A stretch of DNA of 64,000 nucleotides from Bacteroidales bacterium (GCA_021371855.1 JAJFVL010000061.1:23413-87412), one strand, 5' to 3'; shown: positions 30,502-41,886, numbered from the stretch's first letter. The notes: generated from the sequence alone by a model not told the origin. A program made the numbers and translations.

Positions 30502-32163
30502 TTAGTTCTCCCAATTAAATGGTAAAAATATTTCAAACCGGCTTCCCTTACCCGGTTCACTGAATACTTTAACAATGCCCCTGTGAGCATCGATAATCGC
30601 TTTGGCATAGTTCAGTCCCAGACCGAATCCCTTAACATCATGTATGTTACCTGAACTCTGCCGGTAGAACCTTTCAAATATTTTACTTTGAACCGACTTG
30701 GTCATGCCAACACCCTTGTCCTCAACAGAAAAGAAAATTCCTTTATCGTCATTCCATGTCTTAACGGTTATTTCCGGCGATTCAGGTGAGTATTTCAGAG
30801 CATTGTCAAGAAGAATATTCACCAGATTCATCAGATGTTCATTATCACCATAAACAACAGGTTCCGAAGCATCCAGTTTAAGACTGAGCTCTCCTTTTCG
30901 CTGCTGAACCTGAATATCCATAGTATCAGCCGCATGTTCTATAATTGTATGCAATGATACATTTTCATTTTTGAACTCAATTTCTTTTTTATCGAGTGAA
31001 GCAATCTGTAATATTGTCTCAACCTTTTTATTCATCCGGCTGTTTTCTTTTTTGATCATACTGATAAAATGCCTTATACTGTTTTCATCATTAATGACTT
31101 TCGGATTTATGATAGTATCTGCAGCGAGGGATATTGTTGCAATAGGAGTCTTAAACTCATGTGTCATATTGTTCAGGAAATCCGATTTCATTTCCGTAAT
31201 TTTCTTCTGCCTGATAATTAAATAAAGACTAAGGGCAAATGTTGCCAGTATAAAAAGAGAAAAGAGCATTGAACCTCCAAGTATCAATGCCATTGAACCC
31301 AGAACATAATTTGTCCGTTCCGGGAAAATAACCGATAGGATAAGGTCCTGTTTAATGATATTGTCAGGGAATAATCTGACCATATAATGGCTTTTCAGAA
31401 AGTCATTTTTCCCGGCCTTTTTAAATGTCCCGTTCTGGACTATCCCGTTTTTAATAATTGCAAATTCGAATGGTGTTTCAATTCCGGCAAATGAAAACGC
31501 CTGTTTAAGGGAATAGTCGATCTCTTTATTATCAAGTTCCATGGTCTTCTCCCACTGGTAGATCTCTGAAATCATCTGTTCGCTCATATTCTGGAACTCG
31601 CTTGACCTCTTTTTAACCCAGTTCAGAAATTCATTTTCCCTTACATATACAGCCTTTGAATTGGCATTTCCGGCTTCACCTCTCTTTACAATACTTATCT
31701 TTCCCGATCCATCCTGAGCCGCAACAATATAAGAAGCGGAGTCGGAAACAACAGTGGACGAGTCGCCGTCAAATGTATAAGATTTGTTTACTGTTGTCAC
31801 TATTCCTTTATCGCTGCCTCCGGAATACGATTGATTGGTTATCCTGACACTGATATTGTTCCCGTTACCGGAGGAATAATTTCCGATGCTTAAAAATCCG
31901 TTGATATCGTCAGATGAGTCGCTAAACGAAAGCGGATCTGAAAGCATGAAATTATTAAAGAAATTCATCTTCCTGGATGATTCAATGGAATTTTCAGCAG
32001 TATTAAGACTTACGATCACTGCATTGTTGAAGTTTTCGTTCCTTATATTGATTGCATTCCTTATCCATATTATCTGAACCCAGATAATACCAATTATGGA
32101 TAACAGCATCATAATTATCAGGCCGGTAAATTTCATTCTGCTCATTACGCAAAAATAAAGCAT
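30502..32163 (-). CDS. Sensor histidine kinase
   Basis: H-box 'MTHEFKTPIATI', N/G boxes 'LLDNALKY', 'DKGVGM', 'GFGLGL', and two TM segments around a periplasmic domain. The true start may be the internal 'MSRMKF' (about 32145). Confidence 0.85.
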   Translation of the reverse strand: MLYFCVMSRMKFTGLIIMMLLSIIGIIWVQIIWIRNAINIRNENFNNAVIVSLNTAENSIESSRKMNFFNNFMLSDPLSFSDSSDDINGFLSIGNYSSGNGNNISVRITNQSYSGGSDKGIVTTVNKSYTFDGDSSTVVSDSASYIVAAQDGSGKISIVKRGEAGNANSKAVYVRENEFLNWVKKRSSEFQNMSEQMISEIYQWEKTMELDNKEIDYSLKQAFSFAGIETPFEFAIIKNGIVQNGTFKKAGKNDFLKSHYMVRLFPDNIIKQDLILSVIFPERTNYVLGSMALILGGSMLFSLFILATFALSLYLIIRQKKITEMKSDFLNNMTHEFKTPIATISLAADTIINPKVINDENSIRHFISMIKKENSRMNKKVETILQIASLDKKEIEFKNENVSLHTIIEHAADTMDIQVQQRKGELSLKLDASEPVVYGDNEHLMNLVNILLDNALKYSPESPEITVKTWNDDKGIFFSVEDKGVGMTKSVQSKIFERFYRQSSGNIHDVKGFGLGLNYAKAIIDAHRGIVKVFSEPGKGSRFEIFLPFNWEN

Positions 32164-32387
32164 AAAATCATCACTAAAACAGTATTTAACTTTTCCTTAA
32201 CTCTAATTAATAAGATTTTAACGAGGCCTCTCAAGTAAATAAGAAACAATATGAGTTAAAAGAATCGTTTAAATAAAATCATTGATTTTTACTTTGTTCT
32301 GCACCTGTTTCAGTTTGTAAAGTAAAAACAGAAATTTAAAAAAACACTGAAAGCAATATAATGCTTCAATAGAAGTTCTGAAGATGT

Positions 32388-32462
32388 TGGTAGCGCGTAG
32401 CAGAATCGAACTGCTATTCTCGGATTGAGAATCCGATTTCCTAACCGTTAGAAGAACGCGCC
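32388..32462 (-). tRNA. tRNA-Glu (anticodon CTC), CCA encoded
   Basis: Reverse complement GGCGCGTTCTTCTAACGGTTAGGAAATCGGATTCTCAATCCGAGAATAGCAGTTCGATTCTGCTACGCGCTACCA. Anticodon stem TCGGA/TCCGA with loop TTCTCAA, T-arm AGCAG-TTCGATT-CTGCT, acceptor GGCGCGT/ACGCGCT (G1-U72 wobble). Confidence 0.85.
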
Positions 32463-32736
32463 GTTACTTGAATTTACGCGTGCAAATTTATATTATTTCC
32501 TGATTTTTTTACTATACGAATAAAAGTTTTCCAAAAAATTATGGCAAATGAAAATCAGGTTTGCTGTTTTCTACAACAGATCATGTAATATATTGCGGAT
32601 TGGAATTATTTTCTGCAATCCTGTAAAGGTTAGCCCGCCAAACCACATTTTAGCCGGATGAGTTATCCTGGTATACATAGCTGTTATTACTATTAATATG
32701 AATGTTGCCAGAGACAAAGGTAAAGTCAGTAACATT

Positions 32737-34326
32737 TTAATGCAAAACAATCATTTTCGTTGATTTTGCAGAACCACCAAATTGTATTCGACAGATATAT
32801 ATTCCATCAGGTTGATTACTGCCGTTCCAGTAAAGTAAATGGTCCCCACCGGGCAACTGATTATTTAGAAGTATATCAATTACCTTGCCGTTATTATTAA
32901 GTATATCTACATAGGCATTCCCGCTTTCCGGAATATGAAAGGATATTGAGGTTTGCAGCCGAACAGGGTTTGGAAAGTTTTGCCGGATATAAAACCCGGT
33001 GGAGTCATTCAAACCCGTTCTGTTGTAATCATAGGTCTCATTAACCATATGCCAATAAGGTTCTTCCTGCCCAAAGTAATTTTTCTGTAAATATAGGGTT
33101 TTAAGGGAATATCGCTGAAAGCCAGCAAGGTTGCCAGATGTAGCACCTGTTGAAGTATTCCATTCATAAACAGGAATATCTGTCGGATTTATGGCAGAAA
33201 TCATACCGCGCTCCATAGCCATATGAAAGAGTCCGAAATTACCTGGCTCATGTCCACCAAGATAGTGTCCGATAATATCCACATAAAACTGATTCCGTCC
33301 AAAAATTATATAATTTGTCATGAAATCTGAAGCCAGGTCTCCTGTGTCAGGCCCATCCATAAAATTGCCGTCTCTTCCATATATTCCTTCAATGATATGC
33401 AGACCTGCAAAAGTCACAGAATTGTTATCGAGGCACCTTGTGGCCCATGTCTCCTGCCAGAGCCCTCCGTTGGTACCTGGCTTATCCCAGCGCGGAATAC
33501 CTTCCTGTACATGCCGGTAATAATTGGCAAGGATATCTGCATTTGCTGTAGAACTTATATGATCAGCATTGACCCCAACCATACCCCTGCCATATGAAGT
33601 ACAATGTGCCTGATAATTCATGGCGATCGTACCTTGCAGGTTTTTGGCACAAAGTGTAAGACCCATAGAGTGTGCCTTAAACTTTGAAATATTAAGTAGA
33701 AGTGTGTCGGGAGCATTAACCGGCCACAAATAAGGTATTTTTTTAAACCACACCCCTTCAGGCACATCCATCCATTGAATACTTTCAGGAGGGAGCTCAT
33801 TGGCAGGTGTATCAATTCCCTTCAGGTCGATTCCGGTACGTTCAGCCATACTAATGTAACCACCATCTTCAAAATCGTCAGGGCAGTTGACTTCACGAAT
33901 ATAAAACTGTCCGGAAGAAATACCAAGTTCCTTTAAGCTTTCAATAATACCTTCAACAAAAAAGGCATCAGTCACAATACCCATAGATCTCTCAATAGTA
34001 TATTTGCTACTGCTTCTTGAACGGCAGGTAAGATTTGGCTTAATGACAACCTTATGGGTCAAAGGTATGCCTTCCGCTGTATTATCCGTTAATCCAAATA
34101 CTGAACGTCCAAAATCCAGTCCGACTGCTTTGATTGCAGCTGAACTGGTTTTATCAGCCACATTTGTTTTCATAATAAACACAGCGTCAGGATTTTGGAG
34201 AACAAATGGATGTACTCCAAACAAGGTAAATGACGATTGATTTCTGAAGCTTGTCAAAGGAGCAAGTATCAGACCTGCACTTGTAAGAAGTGACGACTGA
34301 ACAAATTGTCTTCTGGTTATGGCCAT
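32737..34326 (-). CDS. DUF362-domain protein with N-terminal twin-arginine signal and C-terminal T9SS type-A sorting domain
   Basis: 'MAITRRQFVQSSLLTSAGLILAP' (Tat), 'VVIKPNLT' DUF362-type core, and a C-terminus 'QNFPNPVRLQTSISFHIPESGNAYVDILNNNGKVIDILLNN..GDHLLYWNG..PDGIYICRIQFGG..STKMIVLH' that matches the Por secretion tail pattern. Confidence 0.7.
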   Translation of the reverse strand: MAITRRQFVQSSLLTSAGLILAPLTSFRNQSSFTLFGVHPFVLQNPDAVFIMKTNVADKTSSAAIKAVGLDFGRSVFGLTDNTAEGIPLTHKVVIKPNLTCRSRSSSKYTIERSMGIVTDAFFVEGIIESLKELGISSGQFYIREVNCPDDFEDGGYISMAERTGIDLKGIDTPANELPPESIQWMDVPEGVWFKKIPYLWPVNAPDTLLLNISKFKAHSMGLTLCAKNLQGTIAMNYQAHCTSYGRGMVGVNADHISSTANADILANYYRHVQEGIPRWDKPGTNGGLWQETWATRCLDNNSVTFAGLHIIEGIYGRDGNFMDGPDTGDLASDFMTNYIIFGRNQFYVDIIGHYLGGHEPGNFGLFHMAMERGMISAINPTDIPVYEWNTSTGATSGNLAGFQRYSLKTLYLQKNYFGQEEPYWHMVNETYDYNRTGLNDSTGFYIRQNFPNPVRLQTSISFHIPESGNAYVDILNNNGKVIDILLNNQLPGGDHLLYWNGSNQPDGIYICRIQFGGSAKSTKMIVLH

Positions 34327-34400
34327 CTGTTTACCGATATAAGTGAAACAGTACGCAAAGCAAGTTTAACAAACTATCCTTACAGAACCCGGATACCCGA

Positions 34401-35087
34401 TCATTTCTGTGCTACGGAATCCATAAATACCGGCCAGATATCACCCTCAGGAAAATGAGCCGTAATGGTTATCTTTTCTTTCCTGACAGGATGAATAAAT
34501 TCAAGACTGCGGGCAAAAAGGCTTATGCTGCCATCTTCGTTCGATCGGGGAAAACCATATTTCAGATCACCTTTAATAGGACACCCTATTTTGGCCAATT
34601 GGGCACGTATCTGGTGGTGTCTGCCCGAATGGAGCTCGACCTCAAGCAGATAATAGCTTTCAGATCTTCCTTTCAACTTATAGGTTAATGTTGCCTCTTT
34701 TGACCCTTTCACCTCATTGTCATACACATAACTTTTGTTCTGTTTCTCATTCTTCTTAAGAAAATGGGTAATTGTAGCTTCATCTTCAGGAGGTCTCTCC
34801 CTGACGATTGCCAGGTAGATCTTCTTAACCTGCTTGGTTCTGAACATCTCATTAAGTCTCTGGAGCGCCTTGGATGTACGGGCATACAGGATAACACCAC
34901 TTACCGGACGATCAAGTCTGTGGACAACACCAAGAAACACCTCCCCTGGCTTTTTGTACTTCTCTGCAATATATTTTTTTATTTCCTCGTCAATGGAACT
35001 ATCCCCACTCTTATCACCCTGCGACAGATCAGAAGATCTCTTGTAAACAGCAATAATATGGTTGTCCTCGTAAAGTATCTCAGCCAT
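34401..35087 (-). CDS. RluA-family pseudouridine synthase
   Basis: Catalytic 'HRLDRPVSGV' motif and 'GRHHQIR' motif. Confidence 0.85.
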   Translation of the reverse strand: MAEILYEDNHIIAVYKRSSDLSQGDKSGDSSIDEEIKKYIAEKYKKPGEVFLGVVHRLDRPVSGVILYARTSKALQRLNEMFRTKQVKKIYLAIVRERPPEDEATITHFLKKNEKQNKSYVYDNEVKGSKEATLTYKLKGRSESYYLLEVELHSGRHHQIRAQLAKIGCPIKGDLKYGFPRSNEDGSISLFARSLEFIHPVRKEKITITAHFPEGDIWPVFMDSVAQK

Positions 35088-35098
35088 TTCAGATTAAA

Positions 35099-35914
35099 TT
35101 AATACTGTTCCTTTTCACTTGGAAAGTCCTGTGATCGCACATCAGTAATATAATTCTCTACGGCTCCTTTTATTTCGGCATACAGGTTATGGTATCGTCG
35201 TAGAAAACGGGGAGAGAACTCCTGTGTAATGCCAAGCATATCGTGAAGTACCAGCACCTGTCCATCAACCTTGCCACCAGCCCCGATACCTATTACAGGT
35301 ATCTTCAGACTCATAGTAACCTCTTCTGCAAGCCTGGCCGGAATTTTTTCAAGCACTATCGAAAAGCAACCGGTCTTTTCAAGCAGCTTTGCATCTTCAA
35401 TCAGTTGTTTAGCTTCTTCTTCTTCCCTTGCCCTTACAACAAAGGTCCCAAACTTATGAATTGCCTGAGGTGTAAGGCCAAGATGACCCATTACTGGAAT
35501 CCCGGCCGATAATATTCTTTCAACAGATTCAACCACCTGTTTCCCCCCTTCAAGCTTAACAGCACTTGCCCCTGTTTCTTTCATGATCCTGATTGACGAA
35601 GCCAGTGCTTCTTTTGAATTGCCCTGATATGTGCCAAAAGGAAGATCTACAACTACAAGAGCTCTCTTAACACCTCTCACAACCGAAGCAGCATGATAAA
35701 TCATGTTATCGAGTGTAATAGGTAAAGTTGTTTCAAAACCGGCCATCACATTCGATGCAGAGTCTCCTACCAATATGACATCAATTTTAGCTTCATCAAG
35801 TATCTTTGCAGTGGAATAATCGTAAGCAGTCAACATAGCAATCTTTTCACCTTTGAGCTTCATCTCATTAAGAACATGAGTTGTAACCTTCTTAACAGAT
35901 TTTTGATCCGACAT
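35099..35914 (-). CDS. panB: 3-methyl-2-oxobutanoate hydroxymethyltransferase
   Basis: 'MLTAYDY', 'ILVGDS', 'VKLEGG', 'GHLGLTPQ' conserved blocks. Confidence 0.9.
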   Translation of the reverse strand: MSDQKSVKKVTTHVLNEMKLKGEKIAMLTAYDYSTAKILDEAKIDVILVGDSASNVMAGFETTLPITLDNMIYHAASVVRGVKRALVVVDLPFGTYQGNSKEALASSIRIMKETGASAVKLEGGKQVVESVERILSAGIPVMGHLGLTPQAIHKFGTFVVRAREEEEAKQLIEDAKLLEKTGCFSIVLEKIPARLAEEVTMSLKIPVIGIGAGGKVDGQVLVLHDMLGITQEFSPRFLRRYHNLYAEIKGAVENYITDVRSQDFPSEKEQY

Positions 35915-36330
35915 AATATTTAATTTTTAATTTCAGGAAACAAAGTTACAGATTTGTACCGGATGAAGCACCTTCACAATTGTATCTTTTTAATATTGGC
36001 AGCCTTGTGCTAATTCCTGTCGTTTTGTCACAATTGAAGTTTTCATTGAAACAGACAGCTCTCTTCTTTCGTTTACCCTCTGTCTTCTTTGATGATTAAC
36101 TTATGAATATTACAATATATCAATCTGATTAAACGATATTTATCATATCTTTCCTGTAATGTGATAATTTCGGGAAATCAATTTCAATAATGCCAATAAC
36201 GATATTTTACTTATGACATGGTTCTGGATTTACGGTGCCATATTTACATAAAACTTAGCCGGAAACTTTAATGGCATAATCCTTGCTTTATGGATATTGT
36301 TAAAATGAAATTTTAAAAAATCAGTATAAA

Positions 36331-38256
36331 ATGGGAAAAATAATTGGCATCGATCTGGGAACAACAAATTCGTGCGTTGCAGTAATGGAAGGTAATGAAC
36401 CTGTTGTTATCCCTAACAGTGAGGGAAAAAGGACAACCCCTTCAATAGTTGCTTTTGTTGAAAATGGTGAGCGTAAAGTAGGCGATCCTGCAAAACGGCA
36501 GGCTATCACCAACTCAAAGAAAACCATTTTCTCAATAAAAAGGTTCATGGGTGAAACATATGATAAGGTCGGAAAAGAGATAAAGAGAGTATCTTATACC
36601 GTCGTCAAAGGTGATAATAATACCCCAAGGGTGCAAATAGATAACCGCCAATATTCTCCTCAGGAGATTTCAGCAATGATTCTTCAGAAAATGAAAAAAA
36701 CTGCAGAGGATTATCTGGGACAGGAGGTCACTGATGCAGTTATTACAGTTCCTGCCTATTTCAGCGACTCACAACGTCAGGCAACAAAAGAGGCCGGAGA
36801 AATAGCAGGCTTAAATGTTAAAAGGATCATAAACGAACCTACTGCTGCTTCACTGGCTTACGGTCTGGATAAAAAGTCACAGGATCTCAAAATAGCGGTA
36901 TTCGACCTTGGCGGAGGAACATTCGATATTTCAATTCTTGAACTTGGAGATGGAGTATTTGAAGTTAAATCAACCAATGGCGACACCCATCTTGGAGGTG
37001 ACGACTTTGACCATATGATCATTGACTGGATGGCTGAAGAGTTCCTAAAAGAAGAAGGTGTTGATCTCCGTAAAGATCCAATGGCACTGCAGCGTCTTAA
37101 AGAAGCTGCTGAAAAGGCAAAAATCGAACTTTCGAGTGCAACTACCACTGAGATCAATCTTCCTTATATTATGCCTGTCAACGGGATTCCAAAGCATCTT
37201 GTAAAAACTCTTACACGCGCTAATTTTGAGAAGATCTGTGATAAACTGATTCAGGCTTGTATTGAACCATGTAAACTTGCACTTAAAGACTCAGGCCTTT
37301 CAGTATCAGAAATTGATGAAGTTCTTCTGGTTGGAGGTTCGACACGAATACCTGCTATACAACAGCTTGTTGAAAAATTCTTCGGACGTGTACCTTCAAA
37401 AGGAGTTAATCCTGATGAAGTTGTAGCAGTCGGAGCCGCAATACAGGGAGGCGTTCTTACCGGAGAGGTAAAAGATGTTCTACTTCTTGATGTTACACCT
37501 TTGTCGCTGGGCATCGAAACTATGGGTGGTGTTATGACAAAACTGATTGAGTCAAACACTACAATACCGACAAAAAAGACAGAAGTATTTACAACCGCTG
37601 CAGACAGCCAGCCCTCAGTTGAAATCCATGTACTTCAGGGAGAAAGGCCAATGGCATCAGGCAATAAAACTATAGGACGATTCCACCTTGATGGCTTGCC
37701 GCCTGCCCCAAGAGGTGTACCTCAGATTGAAGTCAGCTTTGATATTGATGCAAACGGTATTTTACATGTAACTGCCAAAGACAGAGGTACAGGTAAAGAA
37801 CAAAGTATACGAATTGAAGCATCCTCCGGATTAAGCGAAGATGAAATCAAAAGAATGAGGGAAGAAGCCAAAGCCAATGCTGAAGCCGATAGCAAAGCAA
37901 AAGAAAAAGTTGAGAAGATCAATACTGCCGACAGCATGATCTTTACAACCGAGAAACAACTTAAGGAATTTGGAGACAAACTTCCTGCAGATAAAAAACC
38001 GGCAATCGAGAGCGCTCTTGCAAAACTTAAAGAAGCCCATAAATCGCAGGATATTGAAGCAATCGACAAAGCTCTTGCCGAATTGAATTCAGTATGGCAG
38101 GTTGCATCGGAAGAGATGTATAAAACAGCACAGAACACAACAGGTCAGCCAACAGGTCAGCCCACATCGGAACCTGGTCCGCAACAACCAGGCGGGAATA
38201 ACGCAAAATCAGGGAATGATGAAGTTACCGATGTTGACTTCGAAGAAGTAAAGTAA
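36331..38256 (+). CDS. dnaK: Molecular chaperone DnaK (Hsp70)
   Basis: '[14 protein letters not shown]', '[10 protein letters not shown]', '[11 protein letters not shown]'. Full length, with an acidic C-terminal tail. Confidence 0.97.
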   Translation: MGKIIGIDLGTTNSCVAVMEGNEPVVIPNSEGKRTTPSIVAFVENGERKVGDPAKRQAITNSKKTIFSIKRFMGETYDKVGKEIKRVSYTVVKGDNNTPRVQIDNRQYSPQEISAMILQKMKKTAEDYLGQEVTDAVITVPAYFSDSQRQATKEAGEIAGLNVKRIINEPTAASLAYGLDKKSQDLKIAVFDLGGGTFDISILELGDGVFEVKSTNGDTHLGGDDFDHMIIDWMAEEFLKEEGVDLRKDPMALQRLKEAAEKAKIELSSATTTEINLPYIMPVNGIPKHLVKTLTRANFEKICDKLIQACIEPCKLALKDSGLSVSEIDEVLLVGGSTRIPAIQQLVEKFFGRVPSKGVNPDEVVAVGAAIQGGVLTGEVKDVLLLDVTPLSLGIETMGGVMTKLIESNTTIPTKKTEVFTTAADSQPSVEIHVLQGERPMASGNKTIGRFHLDGLPPAPRGVPQIEVSFDIDANGILHVTAKDRGTGKEQSIRIEASSGLSEDEIKRMREEAKANAEADSKAKEKVEKINTADSMIFTTEKQLKEFGDKLPADKKPAIESALAKLKEAHKSQDIEAIDKALAELNSVWQVASEEMYKTAQNTTGQPTGQPTSEPGPQQPGGNNAKSGNDEVTDVDFEEVK

Positions 38257-38287
38257 ACTCGAAAAACAAGGATTAAAATCCATATTC

Positions 38288-38325
38288 AAACCGCTGTAAG
38301 CAATTAGTTTACAGCGGTTTTTTAT
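38288..38325 (+). terminator. Rho-independent terminator of dnaK
   Basis: aaaccgctgtaa (38288-38299) / ttacagcggttt (38309-38320), a 12-bp stem followed by a T-run. Confidence 0.8.
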
Positions 38326-38579
38326 TTCGTCTTTATTGATTATTAATTATTCTGTATCATTTTTTCAGCATATTTGCAATGTCAGATACCCCTGTATATG
38401 TCAAATTTAAAAGTAATTAGTTATGTTTTCGTCAAAGGTTTTGGCTCAAAATAATAGAGAAACCAAATGGAGTTAAAACGAAAAGTAAGAATAATAAGCT
38501 GCCCGAAATATCGTTATCCTAAAGTACTGTATCGCAAAGGAGTACAAACAGAATGGTTATAATCAATAAAAAAGAAAAT

Positions 38580-38858
38580 ATGAATCTTAAAAAGTGCATG
38601 CCCGTATTGTTCGTTAAAGACGCCGGAATATCAAAAAAATTTTATACCGAACTTCTTAGGTTTACGGTAGTAATGGACAATGGCGGAACAAATTTAACTT
38701 TTAAAGAAGGTTTCGCTGTTTGGCAAATTTGGCCCGATAATATTATTCCTAAAACACTGGGCGCTGAAAATATTACAAATCAGAACAACACAAGCCGTTT
38801 TGAATTGTGTTTTGAAACTGATGAAATAGATCAAATTTACCGGACACCAGTGACTTAA
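38580..38858 (+). pseudogene. Truncated VOC (glyoxalase/bleomycin-resistance fold) gene fragment
   Basis: 'MNLKKCMPVLFVKDAGISKKFYTELLRFTVVMDNGG' is a typical VOC N-terminal module. The ORF stops where the second beta-alpha-beta-beta-beta half would continue, and no frame downstream continues it. Confidence 0.35.
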
Positions 38859-38973
38859 AATGATAAATGCTTAAATGTCCAATCAGCTCTTAAGAATTAT
38901 ATTGAGGAAGGAAGTAATCCTTTAATAAAATGGCAAACACACATTTTTAAATAACGGGTAATTTTTAGTAAAA

Positions 38974-39459
38974 ATGAATATCAGACGAGCAAGAATCAGT
39001 GATGCAAATGCAATTGTTGAAATATATAATTGGTATATAGCAAATACTGCTATTACATTTGAAACCGATACGGTATCTGTTGAAGAAATGGAAATGAGAA
39101 TTAAAGAAAAACTTGACCAATATGATTGGTTGGTAGCTGAAACAGATGGTATTCTGATTGGTTATGCTTATTACGGATCCTTTAGACCAAGAACTGCTTA
39201 TCAACATACTGTAGAATCAACCATATATTTATCTGGCGAATTTAAAGGGAAAGGAATGGGTATTAGTTTATATAAAGAATTAATTAATTCAGCAAAAGAT
39301 AAATATTTTCGGGAAATGATTGCGGTTGTTGCTTTACCAAATCCGGAAAGCATCAGCTTCCATAAAAAAATAGAATTTCGGGAGGTTGGGATAATGAAAA
39401 AAAAAGGCTACAAGTTTGATAACTATTTAGATGTTATGTTTTTACAAAAGAGTTTATAA
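38974..39459 (+). CDS. GNAT-family N-acetyltransferase (phosphinothricin acetyltransferase-like)
   Basis: 'IRRARISDANAIVEIYNWYIANTAITFE' and 'KGKGMGISLYKELI' (acetyl-CoA binding motif A). Confidence 0.8.
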   Translation: MNIRRARISDANAIVEIYNWYIANTAITFETDTVSVEEMEMRIKEKLDQYDWLVAETDGILIGYAYYGSFRPRTAYQHTVESTIYLSGEFKGKGMGISLYKELINSAKDKYFREMIAVVALPNPESISFHKKIEFREVGIMKKKGYKFDNYLDVMFLQKSL

Positions 39460-39561
39460 AATTATTTTATATAGAGAACCTGCCTTAAAACACATATTCT
39501 TTTATACAAACTGATCACAGGAGTTTTTTTCGTACTTTTATCCCAATTTAGGGACTTTTAA

Positions 39562-40350
39562 ATGAATATAAGAATAATCTCAACAACTTGTCTTTTACTT
39601 ATTTCTGTTGCATCAATATGTCAGCTTGGAACAGAGATAAATAAGACAGATCCTCAGGGAAGAAAACAGGGACACTGGATAAAAAAATATCCTGATCAAA
39701 GTATAATGTACGATGGTTTTTTCAAGGATAATCATCCAACAGGAGAGTTTAAAAGATATGACGAAAATCAGACCCTGAAATCAGTTCTTGTTTTCAACAA
39801 TGAAGGCAGTGAAGCACTTGCAACAATCTATCATCCGAATGGATATATTGCTTCAAAAGGAAAATACATCAACCAACAGAAAGAGGGGAAATGGCAATTT
39901 TTCTCCGGATCAATTAGCGGCTACCTGATCTGCGAAGAGTACTATTCAAAAAACAAGAAAAACGGGCAGTCTGTCAAATTCTATCCTGACAGTACTGTTG
40001 CCGAAAGAATAACATACATTGACGATATCAAACAGGGGGAATGGATACAGTATCATCGTAACGGAGCTGTCAGCCTGAAATCAAATTATCTGGATGGAAA
40101 GATCAATGGCAGGTTTGAAGTCTGGTTTGATAACGGACAGATTGAATTTTCGGGTCAATATAAAGACGATACAAGAGATGGGCTCTGGTATATATACAAA
40201 AAGGACGGGGCACTAAAATACAAGTTAGAATACGTATCCGGTGTAACTAATGACCGCCAGATGGATATCGATGAGTCGGATTATCTGGACTCACTTGAAA
40301 AGAACAAAGGAAAAACTGCAGATCCGGAAAAAAACGGAGTAATATGGTAG
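39562..40350 (+). CDS. MORN-repeat-variant (YwqK-like) secreted protein
   Basis: Signal peptide, then repeated 'G.W..Y..NG......Y..G...G' units (for example 'QGEWIQYHRNGAVSLKSNYLDGKINGRFEVWFDNGQ'). Confidence 0.65.
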   Translation: MNIRIISTTCLLLISVASICQLGTEINKTDPQGRKQGHWIKKYPDQSIMYDGFFKDNHPTGEFKRYDENQTLKSVLVFNNEGSEALATIYHPNGYIASKGKYINQQKEGKWQFFSGSISGYLICEEYYSKNKKNGQSVKFYPDSTVAERITYIDDIKQGEWIQYHRNGAVSLKSNYLDGKINGRFEVWFDNGQIEFSGQYKDDTRDGLWYIYKKDGALKYKLEYVSGVTNDRQMDIDESDYLDSLEKNKGKTADPEKNGVIW

Positions 40351-40385
40351 AAGCTTACAATATCATTTCAGGAAAATAGCTTATT

Positions 40386-41762
40386 ATGGCTGAAAAAATA
40401 TCCTTAACTGAATTACAGCTGATCATACGTGATTCCCTCTATCTGGCTTTACCTGATTTTTATTGGGTGGTCGCTGAAATATCTGAGCTTAAGGAAAATT
40501 ATGCAGGTCATTGTTATCTTGAACTAATTGAAAAACATTCTGATGAAAAGAATGTAAGCGCCAGGGCAAAAGGAATAATATGGAATAACCGTTACAGATT
40601 TCTCAAATCATTTTTTGAGAATATAACCGGAGAGTCACTCAGAGAGGGTTTAAAAATCCTTGTAAAAGTAAAAATTGAATATCATGAGCTCTATGGACTG
40701 AGTCTTGTCATTACTGACATCGATCCGTCATTTACTGTTGGCGAAATGACATTAAAACGCCAGATGATCATCAAAAGGCTTGAGGAAGAAGGAGTATTTT
40801 CAATGAACAAAGAACTTGACTTTCCTGCCGTTCCTCAAAGAATTGCGGTTATTTCTTCGAAGAATGCAGCAGGATACTCTGATTTCATCAATCATCTTAC
40901 CGGTAATCCGTCGGGCTATATCTTTTACACTTCGCTTACAGAAAGTGCGATGCAAGGTTCTGAAACTGAACAGGGTATTATAAGCGCTCTTGATAAAATT
41001 GCCATGAATTCCCATTTATTCGACCTTGTAGTGATAATCAGAGGCGGGGGATCACAGACTGATCTCAGCTGGTTCGACAGTTACAACATTGCTTATTACG
41101 TTACACAATTTCCATTACCTGTAATAACCGGCATCGGACATGATAAAGATATGTCTGTCACCGATATGGTAGCATACAAGTCTCTGAAAACCCCTACAGC
41201 TGTGGCCGATTTCCTTGTCGACAGCATGGGCTTGACTGAAAATCACCTTATAGAGATCAGTTCTGAGATCAAAGAGGCTTCACAGAAAATAATCGAAAAG
41301 AACAGGACCCGGATTGAAACCCTTAAAACGGAAATGCTGCCTCTTGCCCGTTTAATGATGTCTGATTTAAAGAATAAACTATCAGGAAAAATTACGGAAA
41401 TCGTCGCTGTTGGCAAAGAATATGCTTTAAAATCAGTCATTATCACTGCAAATCAGCAATCAAGACTTATTTCAGCAACAAAATCTTTCTCATCAGGCAA
41501 ATTTAAATTCATTGAAAATATACGGCAGAATCTTATTGACTGTACGCTGAGTTCTTTGTCCGGAAATTATACCAGGTTAGAAGGTTCAGAGAAAACATTG
41601 AATATTCTTAACCCTGACAATGTGCTTCAAAGAGGGTACACGATAACTTCACTGAATGGCAAAATATTAAAAAAGAGGGACAAAATAATGAATGGCGATC
41701 TTATTGATACACTATTCAGTGATGGTTCGGTCAGGAGCAAAGTTGTTGAGAAGAAAGGATGA
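40386..41762 (+). CDS. xseA: Exodeoxyribonuclease VII large subunit
   Basis: N-terminal OB-fold 'YWVVAEISELKENYAGHCYLELIEK', 'IAVISSKNAAGYSDF', 'VIIRGGGS', 'PVITGIGHDKD'. Confidence 0.9.
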   Translation: MAEKISLTELQLIIRDSLYLALPDFYWVVAEISELKENYAGHCYLELIEKHSDEKNVSARAKGIIWNNRYRFLKSFFENITGESLREGLKILVKVKIEYHELYGLSLVITDIDPSFTVGEMTLKRQMIIKRLEEEGVFSMNKELDFPAVPQRIAVISSKNAAGYSDFINHLTGNPSGYIFYTSLTESAMQGSETEQGIISALDKIAMNSHLFDLVVIIRGGGSQTDLSWFDSYNIAYYVTQFPLPVITGIGHDKDMSVTDMVAYKSLKTPTAVADFLVDSMGLTENHLIEISSEIKEASQKIIEKNRTRIETLKTEMLPLARLMMSDLKNKLSGKITEIVAVGKEYALKSVIITANQQSRLISATKSFSSGKFKFIENIRQNLIDCTLSSLSGNYTRLEGSEKTLNILNPDNVLQRGYTITSLNGKILKKRDKIMNGDLIDTLFSDGSVRSKVVEKKG

Positions 41763-41886
41763 AGATGAGAATGGGTGATTGGGAGAAGATGCGAAAGGGA
41801 AAAGGAACCCGGGGTGGTTTAAATCAAAGAAATACCTATGAATTATTGAACTATTAATGCTTTTATGACTCTTAAAACTTTATAAT

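Noticed and set aside
35915-36330. CIRCE/HrcA operator upstream of dnaK ('ttgtgctaa' near 36005-36020)
   Set aside because: Only the right half weakly matches GAGTGCTAA. The required left half TTAGCACTC at 9-nt spacing is absent.
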